Made by a program: the position numbers and the translations under genes
Origin: Octopus vulgaris
Lineage: Eukaryota
Direction of reading: 5' to 3'
Length of the DNA: 64,000 bases
Assembly: GCA_951406725.2 (NCBI GenBank)
Contig: OX597833.1
Coordinates: 36,704,001 to 36,768,000 of the forward strand
The notes under the pieces: generated by a model
What the model saw: only the letters and a program-made list of their open reading frames with translations
Told to the model about the DNA's origin: nothing
Database searches by the model: none
Shown: one piece after another, positions 12,940-24,960 of the stretch
Layout: the number at the start of each line of letters is the position of its first letter
How positions within the stretch are numbered: position 1 is the first letter of the stretch

Positions 12940-13340
12940 CCAAAATACGGCGAAAAGAAGTATTCGTATTTGATTGGTGAAAGTGGAAAATCAAGCCCCA
13001 AATACAAAACCCGTGCGCTAATGATCTCTCCAGTTTCACACGAAGAATGGTACAAGTATGTACTGTCATAGAGGTCAGCTGCCCTGTTGATGTAAATAAC
13101 TCTTCGAAAATCGAAGAGAAAGGGGTTAACTATGGACAACTGCATCAATACTTCATCTTTATTAATCCGTATTTATACTAATAATATTTAATGCACTTGG
13201 TTTGTGAGTAAATACCTAAGTGACAATCTGAATAAGCTAAGGTTTCCAGAAAAAAATCAACCAACTAACTCGCACATTACAAATACAATCTGCAAGTGGA
13301 ACATTAATGCGTGACATTTCTCAAGTTTAAAATGTAACGT
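12940..13340 (+). mobile_element. Restriction-like-endonuclease LINE (R4/Dong-like) 3' fragment
   Basis: Manual translation gives CTVIEVSCPVDVNNSSKIEEKGVNYGQL, then FILIIFNALG, NLNKLRF and LQIQSASGT...FLKFKM*. These fit the RLE E-x-S-C-P, EK-x-x-Y and GALG motifs. Confidence 0.65.
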
Positions 13341-13779
13341 TGCTTTTGTTATCTACATTCCAACGATGGAGTTTTTAATTTTTGTTAGAAACCAACTCCT
13401 TTCTTACAGAAAGATTTCAAATATTTATAAAATAGAAGAAAACATACATACATACATACATATGCAATTACGTGTATACGTGTATATGTGTGTATGTATG
13501 TGTGCACGTGTGCATGTATGAAATCATATATATGTGAGTGCATGTTACATGAGTGTTCTAACATGAGTAATGCGAAAACATTGTTATTAACGAGTATAGA
13601 TCGTTCAAATTGCTCATTTTGGTAAAGTAACCCTTCTTTAGTAACTCTTCTTCAGTAACTCTTCTTTAGTATCTCTTTTAACAATTCTTCACTGCAGAAG
13701 GAACGTGCCGACAAATAAGAGGTTATATGCAGAAGGAAGTACCGTCATTGACTTCTTGGCGAAGGAGGGTTGCATGCGC

Positions 13780-14620
13780 TCAAGTCTACAAGTTGTTTAC
13801 TGAGATAATACCATTGGCAAGAACAATGTCCACAGATAGAAGACTATTTAAAGGGAATCGAACTAACAGTAAATACAAACTATGCAGTGATAGATCATCA
13901 AGTGCGACTGTTGACATGAAACGCCTGTAAATGAATGAATTGATTCGCAGTAATAGATGAATCACAATTTGTGAGACCATTGGTCTGCGATCACAATGCA
14001 TTACAGAAGACGGTGGAAGACTTTGCTTATTGGAAAGTGTGAGTACAATGGGTACCCCTCAACTAGAAGTTGATTTTAAGCAGAGAATGCTGGAAGTCTG
14101 TCCTGGTCTACTGGTAGCATTTAAAGCCTATGAATACTCCACTATTTTTTCCGATCTTTTAATATGGCCATATCTTTATGATCAGAAAATGAAAGCTCAG
14201 TTTCATGGAATAGCATCACACCACTTCTCCAAGGTCCAGAAAACTGAAGAGCAACAGAATGTTTAGTGGAATTCCAAGGACTTCATTCTCCTCGATATTC
14301 TGGAATATGGCAGTACTGTAAAGAGTAACCATTGCACCGGGATACTAAAAAGGCTTAGGGAAACAGTTAAGCGGAAGAGACCGAAAAACGAGCCCCAATT
14401 ATCATGAAAATGCATGACCACACCCACATTTATCTCTCACACCTCCTTACATATAGTTCTATCTAATTCATGAGCTCCAAAAGATTTTCAAATTTTATCT
14501 TCTTAAATAGTAAGGCGTTGTGCTTAGCAAATGCTCATGTTGCTGAAAACTATGCATTTATATGAACCAGAATTACAGTAATAACGCCTGTTAAATTATT
14601 ACAGGATCTTGTGGAGGAAG
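13780..14620 (+). mobile_element. Highly decayed mariner transposase
   Basis: Pieces such as WNSKDFILLDILEYGSTVKSNHCTGILKRLRETVKRKRP and HENA*PH fit mariner FWD-x-G-I and HDNARPH motifs. Confidence 0.7.
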
Positions 14621-15163
14621 GAGGTAATTTGCATGGCGTTTCGTGCGCCGTTGGATATTTTTAAGCGATCTAAATAACAGCTTAAATATTTCAAAATGAT
14701 AGACATTAAATGAAAAATATGTCTTTGTTAACCTTTGTGTGTGTGTGAACGTGAGCGTTTATGTATGTATGTATGTATGTATGTATGTATGTATGTATGT
14801 ATGTATGTATGTGTGTGTGTGAGAGAGTATGTGTGTTTGTGTGTGTAATATTTTGTGTGCATATTTGTGTCAGTGGGCACTCATATAGAGGGAGTGACTG
14901 ATGAGGACGTACGATTTATAACTAAAATGCAAAGAAAAGAGTCTGCCGAGAAGAATGACATACCTTGTCGTATATCTTATTGGTATGAGGCTATATATTT
15001 ATATGAATCCATCTATGTTAGTCAATAGCAGAATCGTTGGGCGAATCTTAAGTTATCGGTTCTGGATCTTTCAATCTTAATTCAACTCTCGGCGAGATTA
15101 ATTTTACTTTCCATCCTTTCTGAGACCATAAAAAGTAAGCAGTCAAGAACGGGGATCGTACTA

Positions 15164-15245
<82 letters not shown>

Positions 15246-15370
15246 TTGTGTGTGTGTGTGCTGGGTGTGTTTGTCTGCGTATCTTGTGTGCACGTACGCT
15301 TTCGTGCGCGAGCAAGAGTATGAGTGTAATTTACTTGGGAAGATCATTTTGTCATTAAAAATATGCAATA

Positions 15371-15797
15371 GGCGCAGGAGTGGCTGTGTGGTAAGTAGCT
15401 TGCTAACCAACCACATGGTTCCGGGTTCAGTCCCACTGTGTGGCATCTTCGGCAAGTGTCTTCTGCTATAGCCCCGGGCCGACCAATGCCTTGTGAGTGG
15501 ATTTGGTAGACGGAAACTGAAAGAAGCCTGTCGTATATATGTATATATATATATATATGTGTGTGTGTATGTGTATGTGCGTGTGTTTGTGTGTGTGTGT
15601 TTGTCCCTCTAACATTGCTTGACAACCGATGCTGGTGTGTTTACATCCCCGTCACTTAGCGGTTCGGCAAAAGAGACCGATAGAATAAGTACTGGGCTTA
15701 CAAAGAATAAGTCCCGGGGTCGATTTGCTCGACTAAAGGCGGTGCTCCAGCATGGCCGCAGTCAAATGACTGAAACAAGTAAAAGAGTAAAAGAGTA
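15371..15797 (+). mobile_element. SINE family B, full length
   Basis: tRNA-like head (A box gtggctgtgtggt, B box gggttcagtccc), internal (AT)/(GT) tract, tail ggcggtgctccagcatggccgcagtcaaatgactgaaac followed by (aagagta)-type repeats. Confidence 0.92.
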
Positions 15798-16029
15798 TAC
15801 TGATTGTATTTCGTTTTTTTTTTTATTGCTATTAGTCAATTGGTTAACTAATTAACAAATTTACTAATAGTTTGTTTCACCAATTAACTAATAGTTTGTT
15901 TTATCAAAACAAACAGATGTCTCACCAGAATCTTTTGCCACCATTGCATACTCCTCAATAATGACCAGTTCATGGAGTGATCAAACAATTGGCCAAGGAA
16001 TTTATTAGCTAATTACTTAATTAGTTAAC

Positions 16030-16265
16030 CTCTTCCTATTCAAGCGGCCGCAACCAAGATGCGTTTCACAACTCTGCAACAGGTATCTCTGTTGAAAGAG
16101 ATTCGTTCTCCAGTAGGATGCAGAGGCCTTAAAAATATATCATCCGATATGGCCTGCAGTTCAGCATGATCGCAATAACCAGCAAAGCCCATTCTGCGTT
16201 GAGCAGCAAAAGTTGGCGTGAATGAAATATGTCCACAAATATTCTCTTTTGTCTCGGGCTCATGC
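16030..16265 (-). mobile_element. LINE C-terminal fragment (RTE-X/Proto2-like)
   Basis: Minus translation TKENICGHISFTPTFAAQRRMGFAGYCDHAELQAISD resembles the RRLRFAGHC motif of RTE-group C-termini. Confidence 0.55.
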
Positions 16266-16302
16266 TATGAGATGAAACCACACGGAAAGTTAATTCATTA
16301 AC

Positions 16303-16400
16303 GATAATGATGATGATGACGACGACGACGACGACGATGATGATGATAATGATGATGATGATGATGATGACTGACGACGACGACGACGACGATGATGATA
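16303..16400. repeat. (GAT)n/(GAC)n trinucleotide repeat
   Basis: Directly visible. Confidence 0.95.
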
Positions 16401-16644
16401 AAAATAGTAATTCAAAGAAACGAAATCGAACTAATGTACGTTTTTACGAACATAACGTATATCGTTACTTAGCAATCGATATACATACATACATACATAC
16501 ATAATACATACTTACGTGTATGTATGTATGTATGTATGTATGTATGTATGTATGTATGTATGTATGTACGTATGTATGTATGTAGGTATGTATGGATGGA
16601 TGTATGTATGTATGTATGCATGTATGTTTGTCTGTCTGTCTATG

Positions 16645-17290
16645 TATGTTGCTGACTTTTTCATCTACCCCGAAAGCTCTGTACAAAATGATGGAAATCT
16701 GGACACAGAAATACATCTGCGGATTCAAAGGACAAGTATTTGGAGGATTGCATTTACGCGTTTGGCGCCGGCTCTTTATAAATCATTTGTTTTACCATCC
16801 CTGTTGTATTTCTCTGAAACATGGGCGTGTTATGAAAACTTTCAAATTGTTAGAACTATTCCACCAAAAATGCCTTCGCCGCATTTTAAACATTAATGTT
16901 TTTTTACTCCAGACACTGAGATAGTCTGGCCATATTGTTCGAATGGAGGATGAACGCACACCCAAACAGAGGGGAAATGTAAGCGGTGTATACCTAAAAG
17001 GAGGTTTAAGGACGGCATAAGAACTACCATGATGTTACTTGGAATGGATCCAAAGGCCATAAAAACCCTTGCTTCGGCTCGAGCTGGATGGTGAACAAAA
17101 GTGTGGAGTGGAGTGAAAGCTTTTGAGGAAGCCAATGTTGAAACATGCAAGACTAAAGAGAGATTTAAAGACAAATGTTGCAATCAAGGAGAAGGCAAAT
17201 CTCAAAGACTTTTTCGCTTGCACAGTTTGTGACAGTCCATGACTTTCCTTTGCTGGGGTCAAATCTCATTTGCGGACCCATGAAACATGA
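16645..17290 (+). mobile_element. RTE-type LINE 3' fragment
   Basis: YKSFVLPSLLYFSETW, LELFHQKCLRRILNI, decayed WxGHIVRMEDERTPKQ and a terminal C2H2-like remnant. Confidence 0.8.
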
Positions 17291-17941
17291 ACCTCCACCA
17301 GCTACTCTGCCTAGTTATCTGTGCATACCTTTCAATGCCATGTATACCATAAGCTCTGGTAATCTAAAGGAGGCCTCAAAAGACATTTTAAGATCCACAA
17401 AGATCAGAAATATATATATATATATAGATACTCTCAATGAACTAACAGTAAACAATTAGTCATTTCTCAGTAGTTGTATAATAACAAAGCAAATGCCGCA
17501 CGCAATTGAAATTAAATGCATTTGCTGAAAGAAATCTGAACCGCTTGAATTTCGCATTAGTTTCAAATAAAAATGTAACGACCGAACTTTACTTTGTGGA
17601 AGCAAGGAAAAGAAAAATATTTAATCTGTATTAATTTTAATTCTAAACTCTACACTGAGACAAGTCAAGAGAATAGTTAATGCTAGAAGTGAGCCTCTTA
17701 GGAGTTTGTTGTACTCAAGTTAAGTGAAACGTTTGCCTTATTTCTTTCTTTTTCTTTATTTTATTTCCATGTGTATCTTTAATACAATCTAACATCTTCT
17801 TTAAACAACTTTTTCATACTTATCAATAAACTTGTGTGAATTTAGTTGACGGAAACTTTGTGGAAGCTGATCCTAGACACACATACATACACAAGTAATC
17901 ATACAGATATGATATTGTGCGTGTGTGTGTGTGTTCACGAG

Positions 17942-17984
<43 letters not shown>

Positions 17985-18149
17985 GCATATGTATATATAT
18001 ATATATATGCATATGTGTATATATATATGTGTGTGTGTGTGTATGTGTGTGTGTGTATGTGTGTGTGTGTGTATGTGTGTGTGTATGTGTGTGTGTGTGT
18101 GTGTGTATGTGTGTGTGTAGAATGTTGAAAAGTGACACATGATTTGATG

Positions 18150-18365
18150 TGTATAAGGAAAATATGATAAGGTAGAAAATGCTGAAATAATTTTATGACG
18201 AAATACATTTTGTAATGGTTAGTACCGGTTTCTGATTTTTCGATATATTCATCTAAGAGTAAAACAAAGGTGGATATTAATTAAGAAGAAAAACAATTAA
18301 ATTGAGGAAAAAATTAAATGAAATGTTTTGTAAATATTTCCATAGTTTTCAGTAAGTAGGACATT

Positions 18366-18439
<74 letters not shown>

Positions 18440-18737
18440 CTTTTGTGAAGGTTCGCAAAGTATAAAGTAACAGACCTGAAAAATTGTGATTTTTGGTTCA
18501 AAGATATATTTGCACCTATATAGATCTGCTACTACATACCTTAAGAAACTTCACAAAGGAAGAGAGAGAGATAGATAGAGAGAGAGTTAAAAAAAAAGAA
18601 AATGTCCTACCAATTTGAAGACTATGGAAATATTTACAAAACATTTCATTTATGTTTTTTATTCAATTTAATCATTTTTCTTCTTAATTAATATCCACAT
18701 TTGTTTTACATTTCTACCTTATCTTATTTTCTTTATA
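18150..18737. mobile_element. Inverted pair of Penelope pLTR copies (long fold-back)
   Basis: 18150-18478 is roughly the reverse complement of 18521-18737, including (CT)n against (AG)n. Both arms are homologous to 36161-36408, the 3' end of the Penelope element. Confidence 0.78.
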
Positions 18738-19109
18738 TATATATATATACATATATAAGGATAAAATTTTTTTTAAAAACTTAATCAGTGGTCAGCATAA
18801 GAAAAAATACCTTTTAAGGTATATATATTTGTGTGTGTGCGTGTAACTATATAAGTGTGTGTGTATGTGTATATATAAGTATATATCTATCTATATATGT
18901 ATATATATATGTTTATATATATATATATGCATACACACACACACACATTAATTTATATAAAATTGTTTATGTATTGGATTAAGTCTTTCTTTGTTTGATT
19001 TGCATAATAGTGGTTTTGTCTCTAATTAATATTATATTATATTTTACTATAAAATTGGATTCAATCCTAAATCCTAAATCCTAAATCCTAAATCCTACAC
19101 ACGTATGCA

Positions 19110-19290
19110 TGAATGTGAATCTTTGTGTTTGTCTTCTACAGCTTTGCAACCGGTGTTGTTTTGTTTACATCCCCGTGCGCTGGCTTTCAGTAAAATAATG
19201 AAATATGTATTGGGTGCGACTTAATTAGCGAAATTCTTGAAGGTGTTATTCCAGCATGGCTGTTATCTAATGACTGAAGCAAGCAAAAAA
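19110..19290 (+). mobile_element. SINE family B, decayed 3' part
   Basis: tttacatccccg...gaaggtgttattccagcatggctgttatctaatgactgaagcaag. Confidence 0.65.
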
Positions 19291-19540
19291 AATAATATAT
19301 AAGTATATCTGCGTTCGTGTATTTATGTGTAAAATATTATGAGCTAGGAGAAATAACTCAATTTAGCCTACGACATGTATTTAGACAAGTTAACAGTGCT
19401 GCACTGAATCAAGTATGCAAAGGATTCTTAATCCAACTTTTCCCTTTTGTTGAAAAAAAAACGGCAATGTTTATTGCACCGGATCAATGAAGCATAGTCG
19501 AATTCCAGTTGTCTTGTTCCAAACGCGAAAAGATTTACGA

Positions 19541-19854
19541 AAGTGGTTCTCACCCAGGTTCCATATAAGATTTTTGGGTGTCCAAGTAACAAAATGACAA
19601 TTTGTGAATCTACAATAGTATTTTAGGAAACCCTAAAAAATGTTGCTGTAGGTGTAAGTATTGGTATGTATGGCAAGAAACAGCTGGGTGGTTTTCTTTA
19701 TCTAACATTTTACATGATTTCAACCTAATGTGTGAGAAACAAAACAGGAATTTAGAAAGAAGTTTCTATAAAACTAGTTTTTAAACATCGAATGGCTATG
19801 GGGATCCACCAGGGTAAAATAGTAATCGATAAACAAGATGGTTGAGAATCCCTC
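19541..19854. mobile_element. hAT (Buster/Charlie-type) MITE
   Basis: Termini aagtggttctcacc and ggttgagaatccctc resemble CAGTGGTTCTCAACC TIRs. A perfect 8-bp TSD ATTTACGA (central TA) sits at 19533-19540 and 19855-19862. Confidence 0.82.
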
Positions 19855-21189
19855 ATTTACGAAGAAGTTTTAAGAAGTAGTAACTAATTGACTAAGTCTT
19901 TCAAGTCAAATATTGATCAAATAACACAACCTACTCAAGAGTCGGGAATTGTTGGCCAAGCATTTACCGGCAGAATTGTAAGTTTGCTTGCCCGTGATTG
20001 CAGACACGCACCAATTCTCAACTCCACAAAAAACCTGATATTGTATATTTTACCTAAAGTATTTGAGAAACTAATGCTAAATGCCTCCATGAACAATAGA
20101 TCTCATGAAATCTTTCAAATATTCAGTAGTGTCCAACAGATGATAGATGAATTTTAGTCCAAACAGGACTGCTAAATTGGTAAGTATCACAGCATTAATC
20201 TTAGTGTCTTTGCAATATATGCTGGATAGGTATGTAAGGTATGTAAATTAAAAGCAAAATAAAGAGTTCCGTCGAGAAACACAACAAAAAAAAAAATCTA
20301 CTGTCAATTTCAGAAGCAGTAACTACATACGACTTCATACATGTGTGTGTGTGTGTGTGCGCGCGCGCACTCGTGCACGCACATACAGATCGAATCATTT
20401 CTGCTGAGCCATCACGCTTTTTAAATATGTATTGGCACTAATTATGCACAAGTCAATCAGTTTTCCCTAAGATTAATGCGTGGACATTTGGTTGATTGGA
20501 AAAAATGGGGTAAAAGTTACAATTTTTCTTAACTTTAAAAGTTTTTAAAATATTACTGGTAATAATTAATGTGTGTAGGGTCTCTTCCAGGTTGGAAATC
20601 TGTTGCTAATTTAATAAAGCATTTGAGTCTCCCTTTTTGTATAAATAAGAAATGTCTCCATGCAAATAGAATATATTCTTGATAAAATAAAATATGTACA
20701 GGAAAGAGAAAAGTAAGTGTAGAATCAGGTGTGTTACTCAGATTATGAAACAAATTTAAATTTAAAATGTAGAAAACTAGTTGATGACTTATGTGATCAA
20801 CATGAAGGACTTCCTGTTACTCCTGGTGGGTGGGGCACGATATTTTTTATATTTTTAGAATAATATAATTATTTTTATATAATTATATTGTTTTCTGGAT
20901 AGTATGCTCATTTGGTTATTATCTAGGATTAAAAGGTCTTCAACATAGAAGTTACATACTTTAGAATTCTCATACTGAACCAAACGCCAGAGCAGAGGGT
21001 GAAAACCAAATTTGGCTTGGCGGGATTTGAAATCGGAATATAAAATTAAATACCATACAGTATTTTGAAGTTACATTTTATATAACTATTTTTCCTTTGA
21101 ATGTTCAAATATACTTTTTTTTCTTTTGAAGCATTGTAGTAACAAAAACAGTAATTCGCTGAGAAAATGATTTGTGATATTTGGTTATG

Positions 21190-21500
21190 CCTCTCGTGGT
21201 CGACATTTCTTTATATCCTCTAGGATTGATAAAATAAATGTCAAATATTGAGGTTAATTTAACGGATAACACCCCCAATGCTACCAAAATTTATTCTCTA
21301 TGTGTCAAAGTTAGAGCACAAATTTTTCAAAAGTGACAAACGTTTAACAATACAGAGGTTTGCACTTCCTCATCAACTATGCCTTTTATCCTTTCGGGGT
21401 CGATAAAATAAAGTTCTTGTCAAGTACTGGGGTTGATATGTTGGGCTATCCCTCTTCTAAAATTTCTGGCTTGGAACAAAATTTGAAACTATTATTGTTA
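21190..21500 (+). mobile_element. Two decayed SINE family A copies in tandem
   Basis: ggtcgacatttctttatatcctctaggattgataaaataa and gccttttatcctttcggggtcgataaaataaag...gtactggggttgat. Confidence 0.65.
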
Positions 21501-21964
21501 ATGTTATTATTAATTTATATTTTTAACAATGAATACTTCTTGCCAGAGACCTAAAACAGAAACGTATGATAAAAATATGACATCTACCAATTAAGACAAC
21601 TCATTTTCCCCGCCATTTCTGTGTGAAAGAAGTAAAAGTGTTGTTAAATGAAATTTACTTAGGAAACAGCAAAGATGTTGAACGACATGAATAAATTAAA
21701 TGCTGACATTTATTTAATTTGGCTAAATGGGAAACGAGATCAGACATGCGAGAACCTAACAATAACAGCAACAAAAATACCCAACAAGTTTCGACTTTCT
21801 GCCAACGAACAATTCAACAAGCTGCTCTAATTATAGTTATTTGTTGGTTTATTACACTTTTGTACCCCCATAGTCTCGTCAAATCATACAGGCGACACTA
21901 TTTTTTACCTTTTCCCTTTCTGGTTTCTATTTTTCAGAGCAATACTTCGGTTACTATATATCCA

Positions 21965-22095
<131 letters not shown>

Positions 22096-22140
22096 GTATA
22101 TGTATATATATTTGTGTATTTTTGTATATTTATATATATG

Positions 22141-22460
22141 TACTACTTCACTTGATGATGAGATTAATGTCAGGATAGGGAACGCAGCAACAACTTTTGG
22201 AAGGCTGAGAAAACGAGTATGAAAGAACAAGAGATTAGATACCACGACAAAGATCAGGATTTATGAAGCATGTGTTCTCAGCACATCCATCTATGGATCT
22301 GAAACATGCACCTTGTACAGCAGACAGGAAAGGTGCCTTAGTATTTTCCATCTCAGATACCTCTGCAAGATCTTAGTCCTAATATGGCACGACAAGGTTA
22401 CCAATGAATCCTCAAAGCATGACAGCTATGTTGTGTATGAGAAGACTAAAGTAGCTGGGG
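22141..22460 (+). mobile_element. RTE LINE fragment
   Basis: [24 protein letters not shown] and RQERCLSIFHLRYLCKIL, homologous to 33385-33640. Confidence 0.85.
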
Positions 22461-22579
22461 TATCCCTCCCATATGTATATAATAAAATTTACTGAACCTT
22501 CAGAATTTTAATATGGGAGAACCCCGGTATTAAATTGACGTTAATTAAGTTAATATCCAATTTCTTACCCTCGTTTTAA

Positions 22580-22614
<35 letters not shown>

Positions 22615-22748
22615 TAGATAGATAGATAGATAGATATATGTATGTATATATGTATATGTGTGTGTACAGGTATATGTATATATGTCTATGTATATGTATG
22701 TATATATATATGTGTGTGTGTGTTTGTGTATGTATATGTATACATATG

Positions 22749-22828
<80 letters not shown>

Positions 22829-22863
22829 TGTATGTATGTATGTATGTATGTATGTGTGTATGT

Positions 22864-23250
22864 ATAGTGAGAATTTACAAAAAAAAGACGAAGCCGGGTG
22901 TGTAAACTGATGTATTAGTTTAAAGCTCGGAAAGTGAGAATGTTTTTTACGTTTCGAGTTTACGCTCTTCGACAGAAAGGAACACAGAAATAAACAGGGA
23001 GAGAAAATAGAAAAAGGTTTAGTGGCTAGCGATTTATCATAGCGAATGCCGGAGAGAGGGGTGAGACAGGAGAGCTAGGAAGAAGGGGAGATAATTAGGT
23101 AGTGGTGATCCCAAAACGAAGGTGCGTGTATATGTGAGAGCGTGTATGTGCGTGTAGAAGGGAGCTGGTGACCTTGACGTGTGCATGTGTGCATGTGTAG
23201 GTGTGTGGATGATGGTGTAGGTGCTGAGAAGTGGTCAGTTCTAGTGTCTT
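22864..23250 (-). mobile_element. Penelope-type terminal repeat carrying a variant hammerhead
   Basis: Related copies lie at 1-50 (minus, cut by the window edge) and 36495-36607 (plus, partial). Contains the hammerhead-like motif at 22945-22978. Confidence 0.6.
22945..22978 (-). ncRNA. Minimal hammerhead-like motif with CUGUCGA core
   Basis: Minus strand reads ttt-CTGTCGA-a-gag-cgtaaa-ctc-GAAAC-GTA-aaa. A palindromic ACGT takes the place of stem III; core position 6 is U instead of A. Confidence 0.6.
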
Positions 23251-23340
23251 TGGGGTGGTATGATGTGTGATGTGGTGTGGTGTGGTACGGTGATGTATGA
23301 TTTGGTGGTGTGTGGGGTGGTGGTATGGTTAGGTGGTGGT

Positions 23341-23576
23341 AAGGCGGTGAGCTGGCAGAAACGTTAGCACACCGGGCGAAGTGCTTAGCAGTATTTCGTC
23401 TGCCGTTGCGTTCTGAGTTCAAATTCCGCCGAGGTCGACTTTGCCTTTCATCCTTTCGGGGTCGATTAAATAAGTACCAGTTACGCACTGGGGTCGATAT
23501 AATCGACTTAATCCGTTTGTCTGTCCTTGTTTGTCCTATCTGTGTTTAGCCCCTTGTGGGTAGTAAAGAAATAGGT
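23341..23576 (+). mobile_element. SINE family A, full length (tail type 1)
   Basis: aaggcggtgagctggcagaaacgttagcac...gagttcaaattccgccgagg...gtagtaaagaaataggt. Confidence 0.92.
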
Positions 23577-23619
23577 GTGTGGTGTGGTGTGGTCGTGTTG
23601 GGGTATGGGGTAGGCGATA

Positions 23620-23912
23620 TATACTATAGCCTCAGGCTGACCAAAGCCCTGTGAGTGGATTTCGTACTCGGAAACTGAAAGAAAACTGTTGCCTATATGT
23701 ATATATTTGTGTGTTTCTGTGTTTGTCCCCCACCCAACATCGCTTGACAATCGATGTTGGCATGTTTACATGCTCGTAACCAAGCGGTTCTGCACAAGAC
23801 ACCGATAGAATAAGTACTAGGCTTAAAGAGAATGAATCCTGGGGTTGATGTGTTTCACTAAAGGCGGTGCTCCAGCATGGTCACAGTCACATGACTGAAA
23901 CAAGTAAAACAG
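23620..23912 (+). mobile_element. SINE family B, 5'-truncated
   Basis: tactatagcctcaggctgaccaaagccc...ggcggtgctccagcatggtcacagtcacatgactgaaacaagtaaaa. Confidence 0.85.
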
Positions 23913-23914
23913 GA

Positions 23915-23960
23915 AAACTATGCCATTTTAATCCCGAGCAACGTCTGGTATATCTGCTAG
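23915..23960 (+). mobile_element. Helitron-like 3' terminus
   Basis: Imperfect GC hairpin cccgagcaacgtctgg, then about 10 nt, then CTAG followed by T: the canonical Helitron 3' end arrangement. Confidence 0.5.
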
Positions 23961-24244
23961 TGTTGAATTAATATTATATACGCCTATATATATATATTGG
24001 ACAGTTGCTTTTTAATCACTACAATTGATGGCACCCAGCTTCATTCTCGAAAAGTACGAGTGTACGTGCTTTAGACTTAGGGTGGACGAGCTTTATACTG
24101 TACTCTGCCACGTTCCTAACGGAATATACCATAATTGACTATATATATTATACACGCACTCACACACACACATACACATCTACATGCATAAACACATATA
24201 TACATACATACATACATACATACATACATACATACATACATACA

Positions 24245-24278
<34 letters not shown>

Positions 24279-24479
24279 CATACATACACGCACAGGCAAA
24301 GGAGAAGAGGCAGAGGAGAGAGGAATGTGTGTTCTCATCGCCTCAGTTCCCATAGCTGTGAGAGCTTCTGAGAAATTTTGATGCACTAAATTAGCGGCTT
24401 ATATTGGGAAAGATTTGCTTAAATGCTAAAGGGTTAAACAGCTCACACCAAATATCTGCTCACTCAATGAACGAGGTCT

Positions 24480-24960
24480 GAATAACATCTTTCAGTGTTG
24501 TCATACTTTCTTTAACAACACAAACACAATTACTGTACATACCGAGAAACGTTTACATTATCATACTCACCCGCCAAGCAGAATGCAAGTAGAGCCCTCG
24601 GGATCATTCTTAATGGTTGTTCTCACCATCACTGAAGATTTCTCCTTGCAAACACACCCTCAACTTAGCTAAATCTGCTTTTCAAAAACTCACCTTCTAC
24701 GTTCAGAATCAGAAAATACTAATTTGCATGAATTTGCTCCGAGATTTTATTTAGGCTGTCACTCTGGATTTGTGTTTCTCTTCACAAAACCTCTTGTGTC
24801 TCCCCCATAGGCGCTGCACTAACCACAGTATCCAGTCCTTACTCCCTAGAACGTTGTCCTTCTGGAACTCCCTCCCTGCACTTGTTTTACCCGAAATCGT
24901 CGATATGCAATTGCCAATAAAAGATATCACCTACGTCTTTTTCACAGGTGTCAGAAGTAC
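24480..24960 (+). mobile_element. Decayed CR1/L2-type LINE 3' fragment
   Basis: SLLPRTLSFWNSLPALVLP matches the FFPRTxxxWNSLP motif at CR1/L2 C-termini. Confidence 0.6.

Noticed and set aside
14897-14915. CTGATGA hammerhead half-core (similar cases at 657, 5840 and 10457)
   Set aside because: No correctly placed GAAA with stems. The 10457 case is a mutated SINE-B position.
19063-19097. (AATCCTA)5 resembling a telomeric repeat
   Set aside because: The unit TTTAGGA is not the TTAGGG expected for molluscs, and there are only five units at the end of another repeat. Local slippage is more likely.
19888-20186. 89-aa ORF followed by a GTAAGT donor-like site
   Set aside because: No recognisable domain beyond a weak RT-like LPKVFEKLM, a stop precedes the donor in that frame, and no partner exons are evident.
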